A stretch of DNA of 32,562 nucleotides, from the NCBI GenBank assembly GCA_013297545.1, contig JAAFHH010000001.1:1-32562 (forward strand). Direction: 5' to 3'. Below the pieces are notes generated by a model, which saw only the letters and a list, made by a program, of their open reading frames with translations, did not search any database and was not told the DNA's origin. This stretch comes from Alphaproteobacteria bacterium. GTDB taxonomy: Bacteria > Pseudomonadota > Alphaproteobacteria > Elsterales > Elsteraceae. Shown here piece after piece: positions 8,331 to 15,943 of this stretch (its first letter is position 1; every line of letters begins with the position of its first letter). The position numbers were made by a program, and so were the translations under genes.

Positions 8331-9350
8331 ATGCTCGCACCGCAGACCAAAGCGAAGACGTTGAAGGATGTGTCCGAGGCAGCCGGCCTCTCGCTCATCA
8401 CCGTCTCGCGCGCGTTGCGTCAGCCAGAGACGGTGCAGGAAGCAACGCGCGAGCGGGTGCTGCGCGCGATTGATGCGATTGGCTATGTGCCGAACCTGAC
8501 GGCGCGATCGCTGGTCTCCAGTCGGTCAAACATGATCGGCCTGGTCGTGCCGATCCTCTCAAGCTCGCTTTTTGCGGACCTGGCGCAAGGGGTTGCCAAC
8601 CACCTGCAGCGCCAGAACCTGCAAATGCTGCTCGGCGTCTCCCAGCGCAACGTCGACCTTGAGGCGGAAGCCGTGCGCACCTTCATCGGCCGGCAGGCGG
8701 ATGCGATCATCGTCACCGGCTTCACCCATTCGCCGGCCTGCCGCACCCTGCTCGCGTCGTTCGCGGGACCGGTGGTTGAGACCTGGAACTTGCGCGATGA
8801 CATGATCGACAGTGTCGTTGGCTACGACAACGTCGCCGCCGCCGCCGAGATGACCCGCTATCTGATCGCCAAGGGCTACCAGGACATCGCCGTGGTCGGC
8901 GGTGACTTCGAAAACAACGACCAAGCAGCCGACCGCCTGACCGGTTTTTTGACTGCCATGCGCGCAGCCGGGCGCTCGGTGCGGCGGGAGAACATCGCCT
9001 CCGTCGCGACACCCACCACGATGCACAGTGGCCGGGATGCGATGATGACGCTGATGCAGCGCAAACGCCCGCCCGATGCCGTGTTCTTCCAAGCCGAAAT
9101 CCCCGCACACGGCGCGATGCTCGCTTGCATCTCAGCTGGCATCGGGGTCCCAGGCCAAGTCGCGATCGCCGGCTTTGGCGACCTCAGCCTGTCACCACTG
9201 CTACCGGTACCGCTGACCACGATCAAAATCCGCTCCCACGAGATTGGCGAGGCCGCCGCACACCTGGTCGTCCAGCGGCTGACCGGTGGCGGGGCGAAAC
9301 ACAGCATCATCGACGTCGGCTACGAGCTGGTGGCGCGCGCAAGCGCGTGA
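8331..9350 (+). CDS. LacI/GalR-family transcriptional regulator
   Basis: N-terminal HTH ..TLKDVSEAAGLSLITVSRALRQP..VQEATRERVLRAIDAIGYVPNLTARSL.. followed by a periplasmic-binding-protein-like effector domain. AGGAG lies upstream of the ATG. Confidence 0.9.
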   Translation: MLAPQTKAKTLKDVSEAAGLSLITVSRALRQPETVQEATRERVLRAIDAIGYVPNLTARSLVSSRSNMIGLVVPILSSSLFADLAQGVANHLQRQNLQMLLGVSQRNVDLEAEAVRTFIGRQADAIIVTGFTHSPACRTLLASFAGPVVETWNLRDDMIDSVVGYDNVAAAAEMTRYLIAKGYQDIAVVGGDFENNDQAADRLTGFLTAMRAAGRSVRRENIASVATPTTMHSGRDAMMTLMQRKRPPDAVFFQAEIPAHGAMLACISAGIGVPGQVAIAGFGDLSLSPLLPVPLTTIKIRSHEIGEAAAHLVVQRLTGGGAKHSIIDVGYELVARASA

Positions 9351-9361
9351 GGGGACTGAAG

Positions 9362-10411
9362 ATGACGGGCACACCCTTGAAGGCCGCGATCATCGGTGCG
9401 GGCCACTTCGCCTTCCGCGTCCATATCCCAGTCCTCGCCGCCCGGCCGGAGGTGGTGCTGGACAGCGTGTGTCGTCTGGGTGCCGCGGACCTGCGCCTGG
9501 TGCAGAATGCCTTTGGGTTCGCCTTCGCGAGCGAAGACTGGCGCGCGGTTTTGGCGCGCGACATCGACATCGCGGTGATCGCAAGCCCGCACCACCGCCA
9601 CTTCGAGCAAGCCGCCGCGTTCCTGCGTAAGGGCTGCCACGTGTTGGTCGAAAAACCGATGTGCCTGGATCCTGGCGAGGCCTGGGATCTGGTTGCGATC
9701 GCCGAAGAGGCCGGGCGGCACCTCGTGGTCTCCCACGGCTGGCACTACAAGCCTGGCCTCAATCGGGCGCGGGATTTCATCAAGCGCATCGGGGCGATCG
9801 AGCATGTGGTCTGCCACATGGCATCCTTCACGCGCGGGGTGTTTGCAGGGGATGGCCGGGTCGCGCGCTGGGCCGCAACCGCGATCCAGCCAGACGCCAG
9901 CACCTGGCAGAACCCAGATGGTGGTGGTGGCTATGCCTATGGGCAGCTCAGCCACGCGCTCGGCCTGCTCTACTGGCTGACCGACTTGCGCGCGGCCGAA
10001 GTGCAGGCGATGACCTGGACGGGTGGGCCCGGCATCGACCTCCACGACAGCGCTGCCATTCGGTTTCGCAATGGTGCGACCGGTGTGCTGTCCGGCAGCT
10101 GTGGTGTGCCAGCAGGCCACGGCTTTGAACTTGAAATCCGCCTCTATGGCAGTGCGGGTGCTGTGACCCTCGACATCGAGCGCGAGACCTTAACCCTGAA
10201 GCTGGCCGACGGCGTGCGCGAAAGCGCTGATGCGCTGCCTGGTGCCTGGGCCTACAGCTGCGAGGGCCCCCCCAACGCGCTGGTCGACCTGGCACTCGGA
10301 TCCGGCCGCAATGAGAGCGATGGCACGGTGGGGGCGAAGACCGTGGAGACGCTGCATGCGCTGCTGGCAGCTGCGCTCAGCGGGCGCCCTCAACCGATCG
10401 AGAGCCGGTAA
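9362..10411 (+). CDS. Gfo/Idh/MocA-family NAD(P)-dependent oxidoreductase
   Basis: MTGTPLKAAIIGAGHFAFRVHIPVL.. (Rossmann GxGxxA) and ..VLVEKPM.. (EKP motif). The ATG at 9362 is 11 nt after the LacI stop. Confidence 0.8.
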   Translation: MTGTPLKAAIIGAGHFAFRVHIPVLAARPEVVLDSVCRLGAADLRLVQNAFGFAFASEDWRAVLARDIDIAVIASPHHRHFEQAAAFLRKGCHVLVEKPMCLDPGEAWDLVAIAEEAGRHLVVSHGWHYKPGLNRARDFIKRIGAIEHVVCHMASFTRGVFAGDGRVARWAATAIQPDASTWQNPDGGGGYAYGQLSHALGLLYWLTDLRAAEVQAMTWTGGPGIDLHDSAAIRFRNGATGVLSGSCGVPAGHGFELEIRLYGSAGAVTLDIERETLTLKLADGVRESADALPGAWAYSCEGPPNALVDLALGSGRNESDGTVGAKTVETLHALLAAALSGRPQPIESR

Positions 10412-11283
10412 AAGCGCCTGGCTGTCCTGCCGAAGATGGCATCGCGATCGGCCTCCGGCATGTCGCCGAGTGCTTCGAGCAGTCGTGGCACTTGGTGGCG
10501 CGCTGGCAGCATCACACGCTCGATCGGCAGATTGCTGCCGTACATGCAGCGCCCTGCCCCAAATGCGGACACGACATGGCGCACGAACGGCGCCAACACC
10601 TCCGGCCGCCAGGTCCGATCAATCGTCCATAAGCCCGAGAGCTTGACGCAGATGTTCGGCTCCGCCGCTGCCCGAGAGATGCCGTCGCGCCAGAGGCCAG
10701 CACCCGCGAAGTCGCTGGTGCGCGGCTGGCCGAGGTGATTGACGATAATCGCAAGGTCTGGGACGGCGCGGGCGAGATCGGCAAGCGGGTGCAGCTGGGC
10801 CGCGTGCACCACGACATCGAGCGAATAGCCGCCGCGCGCCAAGGTCGCCGCCAGATCATGCGCGGCCGCACTCTGCAGCAGTGCTGGGTCTGCGCATTGG
10901 CGCCAGCGCGGATCTGCATCGTAGCCCGCGAACAGCCGCACGCCGCGAAACGCGCGATACGCTGCGTGGCGCGCGATCGTATCCGCGAGCGCCAGATCTG
11001 CCAGCTGGACCTCGCCGACAATGGCAACTGGCCAGCCGCAATCCTGCGTCTGTTCGGCGACCCACGCCGTCTCGATCACCGGATCGCCAGCGCCGGCATT
11101 GGCTTGCACATGCACGCTGCCGACTATCGCCGCACCGCAGTCGGCGGCGTAGTCCGCTGGGTGGTAGTCGCGCTTGATCGACGTGTGATCGCCAAATGGC
11201 CGTGGGCCCGCCTCTGGCCGCAGCCAGGGATAGGGCAGCCGCGCGAGATCCCAGAGGTGGTGGTGAGCGTCGATGATCTGCAT
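10390..11283 (-). CDS. Amidohydrolase-2 (COG3618-type) metal-dependent hydrolase, sugar lactonase candidate
   Basis: MQIIDAHHHLWDL.. (HxH metal motif at the N-terminus), 297 aa. This family includes the characterised L-fucono-1,5-lactonase. The gene lies tail-to-tail with the oxidoreductase gene, overlapping by 22 nt. Confidence 0.75.
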   Translation of the reverse strand: MQIIDAHHHLWDLARLPYPWLRPEAGPRPFGDHTSIKRDYHPADYAADCGAAIVGSVHVQANAGAGDPVIETAWVAEQTQDCGWPVAIVGEVQLADLALADTIARHAAYRAFRGVRLFAGYDADPRWRQCADPALLQSAAAHDLAATLARGGYSLDVVVHAAQLHPLADLARAVPDLAIIVNHLGQPRTSDFAGAGLWRDGISRAAAEPNICVKLSGLWTIDRTWRPEVLAPFVRHVVSAFGAGRCMYGSNLPIERVMLPARHQVPRLLEALGDMPEADRDAIFGRTARRFYRLSIG

Positions 11284-11421
11284 TGGTCCGCGCGCGCTGT
11301 TGCAAGGCTAGGTGTGTCGCGGTGACACGCTCGTCAGCGCGCGCTCCTGGCAGGCCTCAGCCTTGATGATCTGCGCCATCTGAGCAAGGTTGGCGCACTG
11401 CCGCCGCTGCCTGACAGGACC

Positions 11422-12627
11422 ATGACCATGGATGCCTTTGTCTGCGACTACATCCGCACTCCGATTGGCCGCTTTGGCGGCGCACTCGCGTCCGTGCGGG
11501 CGGATGATCTGGGTGCCGTGCCCTTGAAGGCGCTGATGGCGCGCCACCCCTCTCTCGACTGGGCGGCGGTGGATGAGGTGTTCTACGGCTGCGCCAACCA
11601 GGCCGGCGAAGACAACCGCAACGTCGCGCGCATGAGCCTGCTGCTGGCAGGCCTGCCAGAGACGGTTCCCGGTACCACGATCAATCGGTTGTGCGGCTCC
11701 GGCATGGACGCAGTGATCGCGGCTGCGCGTGCGATCAAGGCCGGCGAGATCGAACTTGCCATCGCCGGCGGGGTTGAGAGCATGAGCCGCGCCCCGTTCG
11801 TGCTGCCGAAGGCCGACGCGGCGTTCTCGCGGCACGCCGAAATCCACGACACCACGATCGGCTGGCGCTTCATCAATCCGCTGATGAAAGCCCAGTACGG
11901 CGTCGACTCGATGCCGGAGACCGGCGAGAACGTTGCCGAGGCGTTTTCGGTCTCGCGCGACGCGCAGGATCGCTTCGCACTTGCCTCCCAAACCCGCGCA
12001 GCAGCGGCGATCGCACAGGGCGTGCTGGCGGCCGAGATCACACCGGTTGCGATCCCGCAACGCAAAGGGGATCCGGTGCTGGTCGAGCGTGACGAACACC
12101 CGCGCGCGACCACGCTGGACGCACTCGCGAAACTGCCAACCCTCTTCCGCGCGGGCGGTACAGTGACGGCTGGCAACGCATCCGGCGTGAATGACGGCGC
12201 GGCCGCCTTGATCATCGCGTCCGCCGCGGCCGTGCGCGCCCACGGCCTGACCCCGATCGCCCGGATCCTCGGCGGCGCAACAGCCGGTGTTGCACCGCGC
12301 ATCATGGGTATTGGGCCGGCTCCTGCGACCGAGAAGCTCTGCGCGCGGCTGCAGCTAACGCCGGCGGATTTCGCGGTGATAGAACTGAACGAGGCATTTG
12401 CGAGCCAGGGGATCGCGACACTCCGGCGGCTCGGGCTCCCGGAGGATGCGGGTCACGTCAACCCGAATGGTGGTGCCATCGCGCTTGGCCATCCGCTCGG
12501 CATGTCAGGTGCGCGGATCACCGGCACCGCCGCGTTTGAGCTTGCCCGCCGACAGGGCCGCTATGCGCTCGCCACCATGTGTGTGGGCGTCGGCCAGGGG
12601 ATCGCGGTGGCGCTGGAGCGGGTGTAG
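11422..12627 (+). CDS. Acetyl-CoA C-acyltransferase / 3-oxoadipyl-CoA thiolase type (PcaF/PaaJ-like)
   Basis: 401 aa. ..DAFVCDYIRTPIGRFGG.., NRLCGSGMDAV (active-site Cys), ..NEAFASQ.., NPNGGAIALGHPLGMSGAR, ATMCVGVGQGIA. Confidence 0.9.
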   Translation: MTMDAFVCDYIRTPIGRFGGALASVRADDLGAVPLKALMARHPSLDWAAVDEVFYGCANQAGEDNRNVARMSLLLAGLPETVPGTTINRLCGSGMDAVIAAARAIKAGEIELAIAGGVESMSRAPFVLPKADAAFSRHAEIHDTTIGWRFINPLMKAQYGVDSMPETGENVAEAFSVSRDAQDRFALASQTRAAAAIAQGVLAAEITPVAIPQRKGDPVLVERDEHPRATTLDALAKLPTLFRAGGTVTAGNASGVNDGAAALIIASAAAVRAHGLTPIARILGGATAGVAPRIMGIGPAPATEKLCARLQLTPADFAVIELNEAFASQGIATLRRLGLPEDAGHVNPNGGAIALGHPLGMSGARITGTAAFELARRQGRYALATMCVGVGQGIAVALERV

Positions 12628-12731
12628 TGGAGAGACTCAAGCGGCAAAGTTCATGGGACGATACACTAAGGTGCGCATTTTCTCAGGTAGGCAGAAAACT
12701 CACAACATCGCATATTATAGGTAACTCTAGA

Positions 12732-13877
12732 TCAGAACACCAGCTGATACCGCGTCCCGCGGCCAGCACCGAGGCGTTGGATCAAGCCAGCATCAACCAG
12801 GGAGCTGAGCGCGTTCTGGACGGTGCGACGCACCAAGCCAGTATCTGCCATCAGGTCGGCGGGCGTCAGGCGGCGCTCCGGCGCTGCGCGGAAGCAGGCC
12901 AGCACCCGGGTGGCACTTTCTGAGAGCCGCTGCAGAGCAGCATAGCGGGCGCGCAGCACGCCAACATCGCCGAGCGCCAAGTCCGTCATCTTCAGGAAAA
13001 ACCAGGCGAGCGGCTCAAGCTGGTAGGCACGCGGATCGGCGCGAAACAGGCCGTTCGAAGCCTGCTGCAGGGTGGTGTAGTAGATGGATCGATGTCGTTC
13101 GATCTGCCGGTCGATCGAGATGAACCGCACCACGCGGCGCAAGGCCAGATCATCACTGTGCATCAGCGCCAATAGAAACAGCGCGCGGCCGAGCCGGCCA
13201 TTGCCATCCTGGAAGGGGTGGATCGCAAGGAAGCGGAATACAAACTCGCTTGCCACCAGCAGCGGCCAGGGATGGGCTCGGATCGTTTCGTTGTACCAGA
13301 GCACCAGATCGCGCATGGCGGTTTCGGTTTGTGGACCTGGCGGAGTCGGGTCGAGGACAATCCGCTGCTCGCCCGTCTCGTGGTTCACCGACACGACCTG
13401 GTTTGGGCTCGCCTTGTAGCTGCCAGCGTAGCGCTCAGCGGCAGGGTAGTGCCGCAGCAGCTCCCGGTGCAGGCCGCGAATGATCGCCTCGGTCAGCGGA
13501 AACATCTCATCGGCCTGGACGTAGACGAGCGACAACAACTCGCGGCAGCCAACCACTTCCTCGATGCTGCGCTCGCGGTCTTTTGACAGCTTGTCGAGGA
13601 TCGCAGTCTTGGCTGCATCGAACGCCGAGGGGTGGTCATCGGCAGACAACGTGGTGTCCACCCACTCGATCTCGGCATCGGTAAGCACCGCGTTTTCGAT
13701 ACGCGTTGAAGCGCCGACGGTGCTGATCAGTGCCCAGCGCTGCAGCCAGGCGCGCTCGTCCCGGGCGATGCCGTCGATCTCACGCGCCAGGCGATCGAGC
13801 TCGGATTGGGTTTTCTTGAGCGCCAGTTCGAGTTTGAGACTGGGCTGGAAGGACAGGGCGGCTCGGACATCGAACAT
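12732..13877 (-). CDS. Fic-family protein (class II: N-terminal inhibitory motif, Fic core, C-terminal winged-helix)
   Basis: The start is taken at Met60 of ORF 12732..14054 (MFDVRAALSF..). Fic motif HPFQDGNGRLGR at 13185-13220. Inhibitory-helix motif S-T-R-I-E-N ((S/T)xxxE(G/N)) at 13692-13709. The C-terminal ..LTPADLMADTGLVRRTVQNALSSLVDAGLI.. looks like a wHTH. Confidence 0.85.
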   Translation of the reverse strand: MFDVRAALSFQPSLKLELALKKTQSELDRLAREIDGIARDERAWLQRWALISTVGASTRIENAVLTDAEIEWVDTTLSADDHPSAFDAAKTAILDKLSKDRERSIEEVVGCRELLSLVYVQADEMFPLTEAIIRGLHRELLRHYPAAERYAGSYKASPNQVVSVNHETGEQRIVLDPTPPGPQTETAMRDLVLWYNETIRAHPWPLLVASEFVFRFLAIHPFQDGNGRLGRALFLLALMHSDDLALRRVVRFISIDRQIERHRSIYYTTLQQASNGLFRADPRAYQLEPLAWFFLKMTDLALGDVGVLRARYAALQRLSESATRVLACFRAAPERRLTPADLMADTGLVRRTVQNALSSLVDAGLIQRLGAGRGTRYQLVF

Positions 13878-14452
13878 CGCACCATCATGCCGAATAACGC
13901 ACCACCTAGCAATAGTGCGATCTAGTGCGATAGTGGCATCAGATACACTATGCCCTGATCCGTATTGAAGATCTCTGGCTTGCCGTATCGGGCCAAGGCC
14001 TCCTCCAGCGCCTCGATGCAGAAGTCGGCTTCCATGGTGTTCGACAGTTTCCATGACAGTACCTTCCTGGTCGCCCAGTCCATCACCGCCACGAGGTACA
14101 GAAAACCTCGCCGCATCGGAATGTAGGTGATATCAGCGCACCAGACATGATTGGGGCGGGTGATCGCTAAGTCTTTGAGCAGATACTTGTATTTGCGGTG
14201 TTCCGGGTGCGGCACTGTCGTTCGAGGCCGCTGATAGATCGGAGCGAGCCCGATCTTTGCCATCAGCCGCCGTATCCGTTTGCGCCCGACCATATGACCT
14301 TGCCGGCGCAGATGCCTCGCCATTTGCCGGGAGCCGTACCATGGCGTCGCCATGAACTGCTCGTCGATCAGACGCATCAGTTCCAGGTTCAAGGCACTCT
14401 CCGGACACGGCTTCGAATACAGACCCGACCGGCTGATCCCAACCAGGCGGCA

Positions 14453-14492
14453 TGGCGACGAGTGGGCAGTCGCCCACTCGCGCCGGGGCGAC
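14453..14492. repeat. TGGCGAC + 20-nt hairpin GAGTGGGC-AGTC-GCCCACTC (14460-14479) + GCGCCGG + GGCGAC; extra segment inside IS3 orfB
   Basis: Read directly from the sequence. GGCGAC is directly repeated 33 nt apart (14454-14459 and 14487-14492). The flanks and spacing are the same as in the module at 912-944. Confidence 0.75.
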
Positions 14493-14545
14493 AACCGACA
14501 GCCGTGGGTGATCCGGCTCAACCATCAACCGCCTTCGAGCTAGGC

Positions 14546-14830
14546 TCATCGACCGAAGGCTTTGGCCAAAAAATCCCGTTCCACAACGAGCTGGCCGATC
14601 TTGGCGTGCAGTTTCTCTACGTCAGCCTCGCGGCCGACCTCAGCCGCTTCGGCCTTCCCGGAAAACACCGACGCCATGCCGTCGACGGCCTGCTTGCGCC
14701 ACGTGGAGATCATGGTCATGTGCACACCGTGCTTGGTCGCCAACTGCGCCAACGTCAGCTCGCCCTTCAAAGCGTCCAAGGCCACCTTCGCCTTGAATTC
14801 CGCCGAATACCGCTTCCTCGTGTTCGCCAT
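14546..14830 (-). CDS. IS3-family transposase OrfA (HTH, IS3/IS911 type)
   Basis: MANTRKRYSAEFKAKVALDALKGELTLAQLATKHGVHMTMISTWRKQ.. Typical OrfA with a leucine-zipper-like tail. Confidence 0.85.
   Translation of the reverse strand: MANTRKRYSAEFKAKVALDALKGELTLAQLATKHGVHMTMISTWRKQAVDGMASVFSGKAEAAEVGREADVEKLHAKIGQLVVERDFLAKAFGR
14567..14573 (-). promoter_or_regulatory. Programmed -1 ribosomal frameshift heptamer T TTT TTG at the OrfA/OrfB junction
   Basis: The minus strand reads GAT TTT TTG in the OrfA zero frame (X XXY YYZ). The -1 frame continues into OrfB-like sequence. Confidence 0.6.
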
Positions 14831-15118
14831 CGATATCGTCCTCTCGGTGGACCGATACCAGCTTAACCCCCCTGTCCGAAATCCGGGGTCCACCTCACCT
14901 GATGCCGGACCCCGAGGGCTGGGCGTCGCTGCTCGGCACCATGGCGGGCAGCGAGGCGGCCAGTGGGCTGGTCCGCCAGGGGGCGTCGGCCTTCCTGACC
15001 AACCTGACCAACAGCCCGCGCGAAGCCGGCTCGGTCCTGTCCACGGCGCAGCGCCATACCGAGTTCCTGCGCGGCCCGGCGATAGATACCGCCCTGTCCG
15101 GCTCTGACTTCCGGATGT

Positions 15119-15937
15119 CTAACCTCGTGTTTCCGCCATCCAGAGATCTGCCGCGTCGATCAGGTCGCGGGTTCGGCGCGCCAGGTCGGCAGCACCGTCG
15201 GCCTGCGGCGGCACCTGCGCGACATGGCCATCCTGCGGGGCATAGCCGATAGCACGGCGCGTGGCCTCAATATCCCAGCGCATACCTGGGTTGGCGGACA
15301 TCAGGTTTAGGACAGCGAAGCGCAGCCTCGATGGCGCCGCCACAGCCTTCTCGAAACCATCGCAGAGATCGCGGTCGGACAACCACATCTGCTGCCCCCA
15401 TTCGCCCCAGCCCATGTGCGGACCAGGCAGGTTTTCAGCACGCTGGCAGTAGCCGATGCGCAGACAGATCACAGACATTGCCCACCGATCCGCGTAGCTG
15501 CGCCCCATCCGTTCCGCCGCGAGCTTCGACATGCCGTAGGCATTGACCGGCCAAGGTGGCCGGTCGGTGGTCAGGTCCTCGCCTTGAAAGCGCCAGCCAG
15601 CCATCGTCCAGTTAGAGCTGGCAAAGATCACGCGCTTCGCCCCACCCCGCGCAGCGGCCTCGTAGACGTTCATCGGCAGGTCGAGATTAAGGCGCTGCAC
15701 TGACTGCCAACTCGCCTTCGGGCTCGGGTCGCCAGCCAGCAGGATCACCGCGTCCGCGCTGGCCATCTGCTGCACCCACGCTTCGTCCCAGACCGACAGG
15801 TCCGCCTCGATCACGTTCGGATCGCCAAGCGCCGCGACGTCCAGCAGCCGTAGCGTCCAGCCCAGTTGGGTGAAGTGGTCTCGCAGCTTGGCGCCGATGT
15901 TGCCGGTAGCACCGGTGATGACGACGGTCTTGCTCAT
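15119..15937 (-). CDS. NAD-dependent epimerase/dehydratase-family dehydrogenase, uronate dehydrogenase (Udh)-like
   Basis: MSKTVVITGATGNIGAKL.. (GxxGxxG), ..RVIFASSNWT.., YGMSKLAAE (YxxxK), ..ICLRIGYC... Size (272 aa) and motif order resemble Udh as I recall it. Confidence 0.65.
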   Translation of the reverse strand: MSKTVVITGATGNIGAKLRDHFTQLGWTLRLLDVAALGDPNVIEADLSVWDEAWVQQMASADAVILLAGDPSPKASWQSVQRLNLDLPMNVYEAAARGGAKRVIFASSNWTMAGWRFQGEDLTTDRPPWPVNAYGMSKLAAERMGRSYADRWAMSVICLRIGYCQRAENLPGPHMGWGEWGQQMWLSDRDLCDGFEKAVAAPSRLRFAVLNLMSANPGMRWDIEATRRAIGYAPQDGHVAQVPPQADGAADLARRTRDLIDAADLWMAETRG

Positions 15938-15943
15938 GGCGTC

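Larger units (their letters stand above)
13952..14573 (-). pseudogene. IS3-family transposase OrfB, truncated and with an internal frame change
   Basis: The -1 frame after the slippery site reads ..RRRLMVEPDHPRLSV. The rest (..CRLVGISRSGLY..WYGSRQMARHL..WCADITYIPM..LVAVMDWATRKVL..NTDQG) lies in another frame, across an extra ~33 nt at 14454-14492. It ends before the second and third catalytic acidic residues. Confidence 0.8.
13952..14897 (-). mobile_element. IS3-family insertion sequence remnant, 3'-truncated and decayed
   Basis: The left IR begins with TG on the minus strand (TGAGGTGGACCCCGGATTTCGGACA, complement of ~14873-14897). orfA is intact. orfB stops being IS3-like right after ..EIFNTDQG (13952), so the DDE C-terminal half and the right IR are missing. 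Confidence 0.8.

Noticed and set aside
10390-10411. Two convergent gene pairs overlap by exactly 22 nt (1717-1738 and 10390-10411), both shaped TCA..CGGT(G/A)A.
   Set aside because: The internal 16 nt are not similar, and the identical length appears coincidental. No hairpin or shared motif supports a common element.
14902-15252. ORF 14902..15252 (+) between the IS3 left end and the Udh-like gene, possibly a fragment of a disrupted gene (..GWASLLGTMAGSEAASGLVRQGASAFLTNLTN..).
   Set aside because: It has no recognisable family motif. Its 3' part runs antisense into the Udh-like CDS. I cannot distinguish a gene remnant from a chance ORF without a database search.
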